In this document: positions 21,136-32,420 of the stretch, one piece after another | How the letters are laid out: each line of letters starts with the position of its first letter | How positions within the stretch are numbered: the first letter of the stretch is position 1 | Origin: an uncultured Gemmataceae bacterium | GTDB lineage: Bacteria > Planctomycetota > Planctomycetia > Gemmatales > Gemmataceae | Assembly (NCBI GenBank): GCA_963750165.1 | Contig: CAVVPN010000003.1 | Location: 1,952,001-2,016,000 of the forward strand | Direction: 5' to 3' | Length of the DNA stretch: 64,000 nucleotides | The notes under the pieces: generated by a model | What the model was told of the DNA's origin: nothing | Database searches by the model: none | What the model saw: the letters and a program-made list of their open reading frames with translations, nothing else | Position numbers and translations under genes: made by a program

Positions 21136-21924
21136 TCATGCTGGTTGCCCTCCGGTTTTCGGCTCGCTGATCCCAGCCCGGACGATGGCCAGAAACTGGT
21201 CGGCATGCAGGCTGGCGCCGCCGATGAGGGCGCCGTCCACGCCGGGCCGGCCAAGCAGCGCGGCGGCGTTGTCCGGCTTCACGCTGCCGCCGTACTGTAT
21301 GGCAAGCGTCTGAGCCGATTTCTCGTCGAACATCTGGCCATAGCGGCGCCGAATAACGGCGTGCGCCTCTTGAGCCTGCTGGGGGGTGGCGCCGTGTCCG
21401 GGTTTACCGATCGCCCAGACCGGCTCGTAGGCGATGGTCAGGCGCGGCAAGGCATCCGCCGGCACCCCGGCCAATCCCTGAATGAGTTGCCGATCGAGCA
21501 CCGTTTTGGTCTGGTCTGCCTCACGTTGGTCCAGCGTTTCGCCGACGCATAAGATCACGTCGAGGCCGGCGGCCAAGGCAACCCTTACCTTTTGGTTGAT
21601 GAACGTATCGGTTTCGCCCAGAATGTGCCGGCGCTCGCTGTGTCCGAGGATAACGTACTTGCAGCCGAGATCGAGCAGCATCATCGGGCTGACCTCGCCG
21701 GTGAACGCGCCTTCCTTCTCGGGATAGAGATTCTGCGCGCCCAGCGCGACGCGGGTGCCTTTGAGAATCGCCCCGACAACGGCCAGATAAGGGAAGGGCG
21801 GACAGACAGCAACGGATACGCGGCCCTCAATGCCCACGCCGTCCACGACCCCCTTGGCTAGCCGCCTGGCTTCGGCGGCGGTGGTATACATTTTCCAGTT
21901 CCCGGCGACGAGTTTCTGGCGCAT
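21136..21924 (-). CDS. tpiA: triosephosphate isomerase
   Basis: AGNWKM, GHSERR, AYEPVWAIG and YGGSV motifs. Confidence 0.97.
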   Translation of the reverse strand: MRQKLVAGNWKMYTTAAEARRLAKGVVDGVGIEGRVSVAVCPPFPYLAVVGAILKGTRVALGAQNLYPEKEGAFTGEVSPMMLLDLGCKYVILGHSERRHILGETDTFINQKVRVALAAGLDVILCVGETLDQREADQTKTVLDRQLIQGLAGVPADALPRLTIAYEPVWAIGKPGHGATPQQAQEAHAVIRRRYGQMFDEKSAQTLAIQYGGSVKPDNAAALLGRPGVDGALIGGASLHADQFLAIVRAGISEPKTGGQPA

Positions 21925-21989
21925 GTTTGGTTTCCCTTGGGTGCTCAAAGAGGCTTTCGGCAGATGCGCCGCCACGCGGCGCGCTCTCC

Positions 21990-23015
21990 CTACCGATCCA
22001 TCTCCAACGCGGCATCGTACTTTCCTCGGCGCGCCGCCATGTTGCACCTCGCCCGGTGATATAGAGCTTTCTGTGCCGCTACCACATTGGCTTCCTTGCC
22101 TTGCCAGATCTCTAATGCCGGTTGCTGAATGGCGCGGGCAAATGAAAACCCGACCGCCCAAGGCAGGCGCGCCTTGAATCGAACATTCATCGCATTCAAA
22201 CGGGCCGAGGCCAGTTCACCTGCTTGGCCGCCCGACAAGAACGCAATCCCCGGAACGGCAGCGGGGACGGCTCGCATGAGACACCTGACCGTGGCGTCGG
22301 CTACCTCGTCTACCGTTTCTTGCTTGGAGCACTTCAATCCTGGAAGCACCATGTTGGGCTTCAGCAGCAAACCCTCCAGCATCACCCGTTGAGTGTACAG
22401 CTGGTTGAACAGCGTTCGCAGTACGTCCTCCGTTACCTCGCGGCACCTCGCCAGGGTATGCTCGCCGGCCATCAGGACTTCCGGCTCGACGACGGGAACC
22501 AGTCCGGCTTCCTGGCACAGCGCGGCATAGCGAGCCAACGCCTGCGCGTTGGCCTCGATGCAACCCCGGCTCGGAATGCCACCCCCCAACGTAATCACCG
22601 CGCGCCACTTGGCAAAACGGGCACCCATTTGAGAGTATTCAGCCAGGCGCTTACGCAAGCCGTCCAGGCCTTCGGTTACCTTCTCTCCCGGATGACCTGC
22701 CAGATCCTTGGCACCGGTGTCAACTTTGATGCCGGGAATGATTCCCGCATCAGTGATGACTTTCAGAAAGGGAGTGCCATCTTTCTTCTGCTGGCGGATC
22801 GTCTCGTTGTAGAGAATCACGCCACTGATGCACTCACCGAGATCGGGCGTGGTCACAATCATCTCACGATAGGCACGGCGGGCCTCCTCGGTCTGGGGAA
22901 TCCCAACCTTGGCAAACCGTTTGTTGCACGTTGGATTGCTTTCATCCATGGCCAGGAGGCCCTTGTTGTCGGCAACCAACGTTTTCGCTGTATCGATCAG
23001 GTCTTGTGTTTTCAT
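21990..23015 (-). CDS. class I fructose-bisphosphate aldolase
   Basis: KGLLAMDES, FAKWR, VEPEVL, LLKPNMV and FLSGGQ motifs. Confidence 0.95.
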   Translation of the reverse strand: MKTQDLIDTAKTLVADNKGLLAMDESNPTCNKRFAKVGIPQTEEARRAYREMIVTTPDLGECISGVILYNETIRQQKKDGTPFLKVITDAGIIPGIKVDTGAKDLAGHPGEKVTEGLDGLRKRLAEYSQMGARFAKWRAVITLGGGIPSRGCIEANAQALARYAALCQEAGLVPVVEPEVLMAGEHTLARCREVTEDVLRTLFNQLYTQRVMLEGLLLKPNMVLPGLKCSKQETVDEVADATVRCLMRAVPAAVPGIAFLSGGQAGELASARLNAMNVRFKARLPWAVGFSFARAIQQPALEIWQGKEANVVAAQKALYHRARCNMAARRGKYDAALEMDR

Positions 23016-23051
23016 TCGGGTTACTCCACTTTCAGTTGGAATATCCGGCAC

Positions 23052-23309
23052 TCAGCGGCCTCGGGAAGCTACGTCCATCGGCCGCCACCATTTTGGCGGC
23101 GGGTACACGGCCCTGGCGATCGTGGCCGAGAGCCAACCGATCACCCATCCGAGGAAGACCAAGAGGAAGGTGTGCGCAGTATCTTTGCTGGCTACAGACA
23201 CCACAACAGCCAAAATGAAAGCCCATACAACAGCACAGCCGATGCTGTAGACCGTATAGGTCCGTAGTGACAGCTTCATTCCGTCGTCCTTTTTCGTATT
23301 GAGTTTCAT
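23052..23309 (-). CDS. small two-TM protein (paralog of 51399-51617)
   Basis: ATGA overlap with phosphoketolase stop; [10 protein letters not shown]...[15 protein letters not shown]. Confidence 0.75.
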   Translation of the reverse strand: MKLNTKKDDGMKLSLRTYTVYSIGCAVVWAFILAVVVSVASKDTAHTFLLVFLGWVIGWLSATIARAVYPPPKWWRPMDVASRGR

Positions 23310-25718
23310 TTGGCCCCGCTCCATTTCCAGTGGCGGATTTCCGGCAAGTCTTGGCCGTGCTGGTCGATGTAATGCTTGTGCTCGATGAGCTTGTCCTGCA
23401 CCAACTGCTTCAGGTAGGCACCCTTGGTGCCCAGGTTCGGCAGCCGATCCACCACGTCTTGCACGAGGTGGAATCGGTCCAGGTCGTTCTGCACCCGCAT
23501 GTCGAAGGCCGTCGTGATGGTGCCCTCTTCCTTGTAGCCCCGGACGTGGAGGTTGCGGTTGGTCCGGCGGTAGGTCAGGCGGTGGACCAGCCAGGGGTAT
23601 CCGTGAAACCCAAAGACGATGTGCTTATCTTTGGTGAACAGGGAATCGTAATCCGTCTCGCTCAGCCCGTGGGGGTGTTCGCTCGCAGATTGCAGCTTCA
23701 TCAGATCGACGACGTTGACCACGCGGATTTTCAGATCGGGCAGGTGCTGACGCAGAATGGAAACGGCGGCCAGGATCTCCAGCGTGGGCGTGTCGCCGCA
23801 GCAGGCCATCACCACGTCCGGTTCAGCGTTCTGGTCATTACTGGCCCACTGCCAGATGCCGATGCCTTCGGTGCAATGGACGACCGCGGCGTCCATGCTC
23901 AGCCATTGCGGGAGGGCGTGCTTGCCGGCCACCACCACGTTGACGTAGTTCCGGCTGCGCAGGCAGTGATCGAAGACCGACAGCAGACAGTTCGCATCGG
24001 GCGGCAAGTAGACGCGCACGACGTCGGCCTTCTTGTTGATAACATGGTCGAGGAAACCGGGATCCTGGTGGGTGAAGCCGTTGTGATCCTGCTGCCAGAC
24101 GTGGGAGGCGAGCAGATAGTTCAGCGACGAAATCTTTCGGCGCCAGGGTAGCTCCAAACACACCTTCAGCCACTTGGCGTGCTGGCTGAACATCGAATCG
24201 ACGATGCGAATGAATGCCTCATAGCTGTTGAACAGCCCATGCCGCCCGGTCAGCAGATAGCCTTCCAACCAACCCTCGCACTGGTGTTCGCTGAGCATCG
24301 AGTCCAGCACCCGCCCGGTGGGCGCGAGGAATTCATCATTCTTTTGTTCCCGGGCGTCCCACTGACGGTTGGTGACTTCAAACACCGCGCCCAGGAGGTT
24401 CGAGAGAGTCTCATCGGGACCGAAGATGCGGAAATTACGCTGCTCCTGATTCAGCTTGGCCACGTCGCGCAGGAACTTGCCCAATACGAGTGTATCCTGA
24501 CCGTTCACGGCACCGGGCGAAGGCACATTGACCGCGTGGTCGTGGAAATCCGGCATGCGGAGGTCGCGCAGCAGAATGCCGCCGTTGGCGTGCGGGTTGG
24601 CGCCCATCCGTCGATCGCCCTTCGGCGCCAGCTCGGCCAATTCCGGCATGAGCCGGCCCTTTTCATCGAACAGCTCTTCCGGCTTGTAGCTCTTCAACCA
24701 GGTCTCCAGGAGCTGGACATGATCGGGATGGTCGGCATCAACCAGGATCGGCACCTGGTGCGCTCGGAAGGTGCCCTCGATTTGCAGGCCATCGACGACT
24801 TTCGGCCCCGTCCAGCCCTTGGGCGACCGCAGGACGATCATGGGCCAGCGCGGCCGCATGTTGTCCTTCTTGGTCCGCGCATTCGCTTGGATTTTCCGGA
24901 TGTCCTCGATGGCCTTCTCCACCGTGGCGGCCATGAGTTGATGCATTGTTTCCGGCTCATCCCCCTCCACAAAGTAAGGCGTCCAGCCGCAGCCGCGGAG
25001 AAATTGCTCCAATTCCTCAGGCTCGATGCGGGCCAGGACGGTGGGGTTGCTGATCTTGTAGCCATTGAGGTGCAGGATCGGCAGCACGGCTCCATCGGTA
25101 ATGGGGTTGAGCAACTTGTTGGACTGCCAGGCGGTCGCCAGGGGGCCGGTTTCCGCTTCACCGTCGCCGATCACGCAGGCGACGATCAACTCGGGATTGT
25201 CGAACGCGGCTCCGAAGGCATGGCTGAGCGAGTAGCCCAGCTCGCCGCCTTCGTGAATAGATCCGGGCGTCGTTGGCGCAACGTGGCTGGAAATCCCGCC
25301 GGGAAACGAGAATTGCGTACACAGCTTTTTCAGCCCGGCTTCGTCCTGGCTGACGTTCGGATAGATCTCACTCCAGGTGCCTTCGAGGTAGACGTTGCCC
25401 ACAATCGCCGGGCCGCCGTGACCGGGACCGGCGATGTAGATCATGTCCAGGTCATACTTCTTGATGACCCGGTTCAAATGCACGTAGATGAAGTTCTGGC
25501 CCGGCGTCGTGCCCCAGTGTCCGACCACCAGCGGCTTCACGTGCGACAGCTTCAGCGGCTCGCGGAGCAACACATTGTCGTACAGATAGATCTGCGCACG
25601 ACAGATAGTTGGCGGCGCGCCAGTAGGCGTTCATCTTGTGGAGCAGGTCCGGGGACAGCGCTTGGGGCTTCGGCGTTTTCGTCTTCGTGGTTTCGGTCTT
25701 CAGGGTTTCTGTCTTCAT
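23306..25718 (-). CDS. xfp: phosphoketolase, frameshift at ~25597
   Basis: YWRAANYLS / QIYLYDN split across frames; [24 protein letters not shown] and [12 protein letters not shown] motifs. Confidence 0.93.
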
Positions 25719-25736
25719 GATCCTGGTCTCCTTCTT

Positions 25737-26930
25737 TTAGCCAAGGCCGAGAACGCGGTAAACCGTCTTGGCTATCATGAGTTCTTCGTCCGTGCGAATG
25801 ACACGGACGCCAACCCGGCTGGCCGGCGCGGAAATCACGCCCTCAGTCGCCGCGTTTCGCTTTTCGTCGAGTCCGATTCCAAGGAACCCCATCCCAGCGC
25901 AAATCCGGGCGCGAACCGTGGGCGCGTTCTCTCCGATGCCGCCAGCGAACACCAACGTGTCCAGTCCGCCCAAGGCCGCCGCGAATGCTCCGATCCATTT
26001 CTTGACCTGGTAGCAAAAAAGCGAGACTGCTTCAGCCGCCCTCACGTCCTTCGTTTCGCACTTCAGCAAGTCGTGCATGTCGGAACTGGTTTCAGAAATC
26101 CCCAGCAAACCGGATTGGAAATTGACCATCTCGTTGAATTGCTTCGCGCTCATGTTTTCCGTGCGCGCCAGATACCAAACCAGTCCGGGATCGAGATCGC
26201 CCGAGCGGGTGCTCATCGGCACTCCGGCTGTCGGGGTGAAACTCATGCTCGTGTCCATGGATTTGCCGTCCTGCACGGCCGCCAGGCTCGCGCCATTGCC
26301 GAGGTGGGCGAGGATGACCCGGCCTTGTGCCACTTCCGCACCGTCCAGGCGAGCCAGTTCTCCCATGAGAAACGCATACGACAATCCGTGGAACCCGTAG
26401 CGCCGCACCCCCTTCGCTTCGTAGCGGCGTGGGATCGGCAACATGCGGGCAACGCGCGGCAGATCATGGTGAAAGGCCGTGTCGAAACACGCTACCTGGG
26501 GCAGATCAGGAAATCGGCGCTGAAACGCTTCGATCAACAACAGCTCCTCCGGCATATGCTCAGGATCGAATGGACTCAGTCGGTGCAACTCCTGTACCAT
26601 TTCCACGGTGATTTTCTGCGGTTTGCTATACTTCGGACCGCCATGCACCACGCGATGCCCCACCGCGGTCAACGCCTCGCGCCCGCTGCGCTCCTCGATC
26701 CAATCCATCAGAGCGCCCACCGCCGCCGTGTGATCCGGCGCTGTCACCGACCGCGAAAAGTTGTCCGCCTGGTTCAAGCCTTTCACCCGCAAAGCGGCCT
26801 CGGGCAATCCAATCCGCTCAATCGCGCCCGCCAGAATCCGCGGGAGCGAGTCGCTGTCCTCGAACAGCGCGAACTTGATGCTCGACGAGCCGCCATTGAT
26901 CGTCAGGATGCGTGGGCTAGCTGGGTTCAT
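25737..26930 (-). CDS. ackA: acetate/propionate kinase
   Basis: INGGSSSIK, GHRVVHGG, YGFHGLS, HLGNGAS and GGIGEN motifs. Confidence 0.95.
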   Translation of the reverse strand: MNPASPRILTINGGSSSIKFALFEDSDSLPRILAGAIERIGLPEAALRVKGLNQADNFSRSVTAPDHTAAVGALMDWIEERSGREALTAVGHRVVHGGPKYSKPQKITVEMVQELHRLSPFDPEHMPEELLLIEAFQRRFPDLPQVACFDTAFHHDLPRVARMLPIPRRYEAKGVRRYGFHGLSYAFLMGELARLDGAEVAQGRVILAHLGNGASLAAVQDGKSMDTSMSFTPTAGVPMSTRSGDLDPGLVWYLARTENMSAKQFNEMVNFQSGLLGISETSSDMHDLLKCETKDVRAAEAVSLFCYQVKKWIGAFAAALGGLDTLVFAGGIGENAPTVRARICAGMGFLGIGLDEKRNAATEGVISAPASRVGVRVIRTDEELMIAKTVYRVLGLG

Positions 26931-27564
26931 GGATGACTCCTTCTTCAAGCTGCAATCCTAACGACGCCAGTTTCGCGCACGTGGACTCGTAATCCGTGTG
27001 CAGTATGCTTTGAATCCCCAAACCTTCCGCGATCTGCACGAACATCGGCGTGTTTTCGATATAGAGGATCTGCTCGACTGGCGTCTGGGCGATGTCCAGC
27101 GCGAGCCGAAAGATGTCCACGTCCGGTTTGCGCAGGTGGACAAAGCAGGACGAAATAAAGAAATCCACGAATCCGCTCAGCTTGAACTTCCCAATCCGAT
27201 ACGCATTCACTTCGCGCGCCTCGTTACTAACCACGGCGATCTTCAGCTTGTGCCGGACTTTAAGCTCAGTGAAGAGTTCGATCATTTCAGGATACGGGCG
27301 CAACTGCGCGAACATGAATTCCCGGTACTGATCCCGTGTGAACGGTCGCTCCTCGTAAAAAACCGCCCGGCTCAGGTATTCCTCCAGCGTGAGTTTGCCC
27401 GTTTCATAAGTGTCGAACATCAGGTGATGCAGAATCTCTTCCTCATCCCACTCCAGCTTGAAATACGTCGCCGCCCGTTTCCGCGCTTGATGATCCCACC
27501 CGTTGGTGAGCAGGACACCGCCGATATCCAGAAACAACGTCGTGATCGGGATCGTGTTTGTCAT
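26917..27564 (-). CDS. HAD family phosphatase
   Basis: FLDIGGVL, VSN and RKPD motifs; overlaps both neighbours. Confidence 0.88.
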   Translation of the reverse strand: MTNTIPITTLFLDIGGVLLTNGWDHQARKRAATYFKLEWDEEEILHHLMFDTYETGKLTLEEYLSRAVFYEERPFTRDQYREFMFAQLRPYPEMIELFTELKVRHKLKIAVVSNEAREVNAYRIGKFKLSGFVDFFISSCFVHLRKPDVDIFRLALDIAQTPVEQILYIENTPMFVQIAEGLGIQSILHTDYESTCAKLASLGLQLEEGVIHEPS

Positions 27565-29750
27565 GTGGCCTCCGTCAACGTCTTGTGCGACGTTTGTTCG
27601 TTCGTCCTTCGACCCAGAAGTATGGCGCTGCATCGGGGGCTGAGGTGGTACGTTTTGGTGTCTTCCCACAGGGGCTCCTCGCCCACCGCAAATACGTCAT
27701 GTGGCGATTCGCGAGCAGTGTCCACAGCGAGGTGCCAATGAGCCTCAGGCGGTGCGGGAGGCAAAGCGAAATCGACCCCATCGGTGCCGGCATTGAACAT
27801 CAGGTAAAGTGCGTTTGGGTCGCCTTCCTGGATCAGACAGGCAAACTGTCTTTCGTTCGGGTCGGCCCAGTTGGGCAAGCATCCCTGCGGGCTGAACCAA
27901 TGGATGTCGGCGTCCGTGTAGAATTGCTCATCACTCAGAATCGGATGGGCGCGACGAAAGGCGATCATGCCGCGAGTGAATCGGAAAAACGCCCGGTGCT
28001 GTTCCAGGCAGGTCCAATCGTACCAGTTGGTTTCGTTGTCCTGGCAGTACGCGTTGTTGTTGCCGCCTTGCGTCCGCCGGAATTCGTCGCCGCCGAGCAG
28101 CATTGGCACGCCGCGCGAAATGAAAAGTGTCAGCAGAAAGTTCTTGATCTGGACCTTTCTCAGGGCCTCGATCGCGGCATCCGTCGTCGCTCCTTCCGCG
28201 CCACAGTTCTGGCTGAAGTTGGCGTCGGTCCCATCGTGGTTGTTTTCCCCGTTGGCCGCATTGTGCTTGCCGCGGTAGCTCACCAGATCGTTCAGCGTCA
28301 GGCCATCGTGGCAGGTGACGAAGTTGATGCTGGCCTCGGGGCCTTTGCCGGACCGGGCATAGATGTCGGCACTGCCGCAGATGCGGCTTGCGAACAACCC
28401 GAGCATCCCCTCATCGCCGCGCCAGAAGCGCCGGACGTCATCCCGGTATCGGCCGTTCCACTCCGCCCAGCGCCGCTCGGAAAAACTCCCCACCTCGTAC
28501 GCACCGGCGGTGTCCCACGCCTCGGCGATGATCTTGACGTCTCGCAAGACCGGGTCCTCGGCAATCCGCTCGAGGAGCGGGGCGTTGGCGAGCAACTTGC
28601 CGGCACCATCCCGGCCGAGGACCGACGCCAGGTCGAACCGGAACCCGTCCACGTGCATCTCGACCATCCAGTACCGGAGCGCGGCCAGGATGTGGTCCCG
28701 CACCACGGGATGGTTGGCGTTGACGGTGTTGCCCGTGCCCGTATAGTCCTGGTAGTGGCGTTTGTCGCCCGCCAACATATAGAAGATCGCGTTATCCATG
28801 CCGCGGAAACAGAGGGTCGGCCCCAGTTCGTCCCCCTCCGCCGTGTGATTGAACACCACGTCCAGGATCACTTCGATGCCGGCATTGTGAAGGGCCCGGA
28901 CCATTTCCTTGAACTCCAGCTTCTGCTGGCCCAGACCTCCCGAACTGCTGTAGGAAGCTTTCGGCGCAAAGAAGGCCACGGGGTCGTAGCCCCAGTAATT
29001 GCTGAGTGGCTGGCCGGGTTGCGGATTCCGGCGCGTGACGGAGGTTTCGTTGAACTCCTGCACGGGCATCAGTTCGACGGCCGTCACCCCGAGGTCCACG
29101 AGATACGGGATCTTCTCCATGACGCCGCGGTACGTCCCGGTATGCTCCACACCCGAGCTGGGATGGATCGTGAGGCCGCGAACATGCGTTTCGTAAATCA
29201 CGGTCTCCGACCACGGATGCCGGGGAGGTCGGTCCTCCTCCCACTCGAAAGACTCGTTGACGAACACGCATTTCGGCATCGCCCCGGAATTGTCCCGCGT
29301 CGAGAGCGCCAGGTCCTGCTCCGGTGCCGACGGGTCGAATCCACGTGCCGACGCAAAATCCCAATGGGGCAGTCGCGAAATCGCGGAGGCGAAGGGATCG
29401 AGGAGCAGCCGGTTGAAATTGAAGCGGTGTCCCTCACTGGGTTCGTAAGGGCCGTCAACGCGGTACGCATAGAGTTGACCGGGACCGATCCCCCCCACCC
29501 ACACGTGCCAAACGTCGCCAGTGCGGTGGCGCGCGGAATCGAGATCGATGACCCGGGAGGGCGCTGCGTCTTCGGGATGGTCAAACAACTCGAGTCGAAC
29601 ACGGCTGGCATGACGGCTGAAGATCGCAAAATTCGCCCCGCCACCCCGTTCCAGGGTTCCCAACGGCAACGGAGAGCCTGCCCGAACGTCGGCGCGCTCG
29701 GAGACCTCCTGGAGGTAATCGCGTAATTCGTGTTGAGACGTTTTCATCAT
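27561..29750 (-). CDS. glgX: glycogen debranching enzyme
   Basis: NYWGY, DVVFNHT, DGFRFDLAS and AEAWD motifs; ATGA overlap with the glgP stop. Confidence 0.93.
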   Translation of the reverse strand: MMKTSQHELRDYLQEVSERADVRAGSPLPLGTLERGGGANFAIFSRHASRVRLELFDHPEDAAPSRVIDLDSARHRTGDVWHVWVGGIGPGQLYAYRVDGPYEPSEGHRFNFNRLLLDPFASAISRLPHWDFASARGFDPSAPEQDLALSTRDNSGAMPKCVFVNESFEWEEDRPPRHPWSETVIYETHVRGLTIHPSSGVEHTGTYRGVMEKIPYLVDLGVTAVELMPVQEFNETSVTRRNPQPGQPLSNYWGYDPVAFFAPKASYSSSGGLGQQKLEFKEMVRALHNAGIEVILDVVFNHTAEGDELGPTLCFRGMDNAIFYMLAGDKRHYQDYTGTGNTVNANHPVVRDHILAALRYWMVEMHVDGFRFDLASVLGRDGAGKLLANAPLLERIAEDPVLRDVKIIAEAWDTAGAYEVGSFSERRWAEWNGRYRDDVRRFWRGDEGMLGLFASRICGSADIYARSGKGPEASINFVTCHDGLTLNDLVSYRGKHNAANGENNHDGTDANFSQNCGAEGATTDAAIEALRKVQIKNFLLTLFISRGVPMLLGGDEFRRTQGGNNNAYCQDNETNWYDWTCLEQHRAFFRFTRGMIAFRRAHPILSDEQFYTDADIHWFSPQGCLPNWADPNERQFACLIQEGDPNALYLMFNAGTDGVDFALPPAPPEAHWHLAVDTARESPHDVFAVGEEPLWEDTKTYHLSPRCSAILLGRRTNEQTSHKTLTEAT

Positions 29751-32293
29751 CGTTGCCACAGGATTCGAGTGAATTCCAACGGAACCGCCACTCCGGAGCG
29801 CTGGGGGATCGCACGGGCCGTATAGTCGCTCGTGGAACGTGTCGTGGAAACCGTTGCCCGATAGGTGTAGCATCGGGATGCGCCAGACAGCGGTCCGGTA
29901 CGTTTCATCTCCTGCCGAACGGGCTCGCCGCCGTTGATTCCGTCCGCATAAAGCTCGACTCGCACTGCATTCGGGTCGAGATCATTCAGAAGGAGTTCGA
30001 CTTCAAACACGTGGTGGTCCGCGCTGGTTTGGACCCGAGAGTCTCCGAACCGTAATGTCCCCCACGCCCGATCGACCGCATGCTGCCAATCGACCACTTG
30101 CCTGCCGATGGCTCCTTTCTCGGCAGCGCGCTCCCGGTAGGCGGCTGCCGCCGGTAGGTAGTGTTGCGCGGTATATTCGCGCACCGCGCGGTTGGCAGAG
30201 AAGTGCGGTGTCAACCGCGCCATGCTTTCCCGCATTCGCTTGACCCATGCGGTAGGAATGCCGCTTTCGTCTCGAGTATAATACTCCGGGATCACCTCCC
30301 GTTCGAGCAGGTCGTAGAGCGCGTCAGCTTCGACAGCGTCCCAGGCGGGATCGTCGCCATGCTCCCGGCCGTCCCCCAACGCCCAGCCCACGTCAGGCGC
30401 GTAGGCTTCCGCCCACCAGCCGTCCAGTTCTGAGAGATTGATGCCTCCATTGACGAGCACCTTCATGCCGCTCGTTCCGCTCGCCTCCCAGGGTCGCCGT
30501 GGCGTGTTGATCCAGACGTCCACCCCCTGCACGAGGTGTTCGGTCAAGAGCATGTCATAGTCGCTGATAAAGACCACATGAGGACAGGCTTCGGGCCGCT
30601 GAATGAACTGCGTCCACTGCTTGATCAGCGCCTGCCCCGCCTGGTCCGCCGGATGCGCCTTGCCAGCGAGGACGAGCTGCACGGGGCGTTCGGAATTGGT
30701 CAACAGACGCAGTAACCGCTCTGGGTTTTGCAGCAGCAGGTTCGGTCTCTTGTATGTCGCGAAGCGGCGTGCAAACCCCAGCGTCAACGCGTCGGGATCA
30801 AACAGATGCTTCGCGCTGTCAACCTCCTTGGGAGACGCACCGGATTCGGCACGTTGCAGGGCGACACGCTGCCGGACGTATTCAACGAAACACTTGCTGC
30901 CAGTGGTGCGAAAGTGCCAGAGTCTGGCGTCGGAAACGCGGCGAATGTCCTGGTCCAGGGTTGTCGTTGTCCCCAGCCAGCGGTCTTTTCCACAGGTTTC
31001 CGTCCAAAGATCATCGGCCGGGGCCGAGTCCCAGGTGGGCATGTGAACTCCGTTGGTCACGTGTCCGACCGGTACTTCGTCCTCCGGCCAGTGAGGAAAG
31101 AGCGGCTCGAAGATGTGCCGGCTCACCTGCCCGTGCAAGCGACTCACGCCGTTGACCGCCCCGCTCCCGCGGATGGCCAGATAGGCCATGTTGAAAGTCT
31201 CCGACGAGTCGTTCGGGTTCTGGCGGCCCAGGGCCAGCAAATCGTGAACGGAAATGCCCAGCTTTTCCTGGGCGTACCGACCGAGATACTGCTCGACGAG
31301 TTCCGGAGCGAAGCGGTCAAAGCCGGCGGCCACCGCCGTGTGGGTGGTGAACAGGTTCCCTGCCCGCGTGACGACCAGTGCGACTTCAAAGGGCTGCCCG
31401 GCCTCGTTCATGAAGGTCCGCGCTCGCTCCAAAATGGCGAACGCCGCATGCCCTTCATTCAGGTGGCAGACTTCCGGCTGGATGCCAAGCGCGTGGAGCA
31501 ACCGCCAGCCGCCGATCCCGAGCAGCAGTTCTTGCTTGAGGCGCAGCTCCGGCCCGCCGCCATACAACTCGCTGGTAATCCCTCGATGAATGGGGATGTT
31601 AACCGCGTCATTGCTGTCCAGCAGGTAGAGCTTCACTCTGCCGACCTGGACCTGCCAGGCACGCAGCCAGACCGAATAACCAGGCAAGGCGATCTCCAAC
31701 CGCAACCACTCGCCGTCCGCCTGGCGCAACGGCGCGATCGGCAACTGTCCGGGATCGTTGTACGGGTAGAGGGCCTGCTGCTCTCCGTTCCTGTCGATGA
31801 TCTGGCGAAAATAGCCTTGCTGGTACAACAATCCCACTCCGACCACGGGCACGCCCAGATCGCTGTCGGCTTTGAGCTGATCGCCGGCCACATTGCCAAG
31901 CCCGCCTGAATAGATGGGCAAAGCTTCGCTCAACATGAACTCCATGCTGAAATACGCGACGCAGGTCAGGGAACTCTGCGCATGATTCTGCTGAAACCAT
32001 GCGGGCGCCTTCACCGCTTGCCGCCTGGTATGCACCAGGCCATCAACATCCTTGCGAAAAACGGGATCGGCCAACAATCGCTTGATCCGGTCGCGCGAGG
32101 CCGTCTGTAGGACAACCCAAGGGTTATGAGTGATCTCCCACAGTTCGGGATCAAGCTGCCGCCAGACTTGGTCGGTAGCATGATTCCACGACCAGCGAAG
32201 ATTCAGGGCCAGTTCCGCCAGGGAATCGAATCCGTCGATTTCCGTGGACCGAAGGCTGTATATCGGCTGGTGGTCACGCGTTTGTTTGCTCAT
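29747..32293 (-). CDS. glgP: alpha-glucan (glycogen) phosphorylase
   Basis: YSGGLGNVAGD, HLNEGH, FARRFATYKR and EASGTSGMK (PLP lysine) motifs; GAAGG RBS. Confidence 0.95.
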   Translation of the reverse strand: MSKQTRDHQPIYSLRSTEIDGFDSLAELALNLRWSWNHATDQVWRQLDPELWEITHNPWVVLQTASRDRIKRLLADPVFRKDVDGLVHTRRQAVKAPAWFQQNHAQSSLTCVAYFSMEFMLSEALPIYSGGLGNVAGDQLKADSDLGVPVVGVGLLYQQGYFRQIIDRNGEQQALYPYNDPGQLPIAPLRQADGEWLRLEIALPGYSVWLRAWQVQVGRVKLYLLDSNDAVNIPIHRGITSELYGGGPELRLKQELLLGIGGWRLLHALGIQPEVCHLNEGHAAFAILERARTFMNEAGQPFEVALVVTRAGNLFTTHTAVAAGFDRFAPELVEQYLGRYAQEKLGISVHDLLALGRQNPNDSSETFNMAYLAIRGSGAVNGVSRLHGQVSRHIFEPLFPHWPEDEVPVGHVTNGVHMPTWDSAPADDLWTETCGKDRWLGTTTTLDQDIRRVSDARLWHFRTTGSKCFVEYVRQRVALQRAESGASPKEVDSAKHLFDPDALTLGFARRFATYKRPNLLLQNPERLLRLLTNSERPVQLVLAGKAHPADQAGQALIKQWTQFIQRPEACPHVVFISDYDMLLTEHLVQGVDVWINTPRRPWEASGTSGMKVLVNGGINLSELDGWWAEAYAPDVGWALGDGREHGDDPAWDAVEADALYDLLEREVIPEYYTRDESGIPTAWVKRMRESMARLTPHFSANRAVREYTAQHYLPAAAAYRERAAEKGAIGRQVVDWQHAVDRAWGTLRFGDSRVQTSADHHVFEVELLLNDLDPNAVRVELYADGINGGEPVRQEMKRTGPLSGASRCYTYRATVSTTRSTSDYTARAIPQRSGVAVPLEFTRILWQR

Positions 32294-32295
32294 GC

Positions 32296-32404
32296 TGTTT
32301 CCTTCACCATCGTCTTGGCCGGCGTCCTCACTTGCTGCATCCCTTACGTCAAAGCCTAACCGATGATGGCCTGGGCTTCCTCGGTGATGCGCCGCAAATG
32401 ATCC
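32296..32404 (-). repeat. diverged copy of pgm 3' end (direct repeat with 36336-36444)
   Basis: 109 bp ungapped alignment, 92/109 identical by manual count, 4040 bp apart. Confidence 0.9.
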
Positions 32405-32420
32405 TTGCTCTCCCACTCGG

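Noticed and set aside
25590..25600. Programmed frameshifting in xfp and other split genes
   Set aside because: No slippery heptamers at the shift sites; indel error or decay is simpler.
27558..29726. Long + strand ORFs opposite real genes (also 18092-20149, 24179-25720, 33201-35141)
   Set aside because: Antisense shadows of GC-rich coding sequence, with no recognisable motifs.
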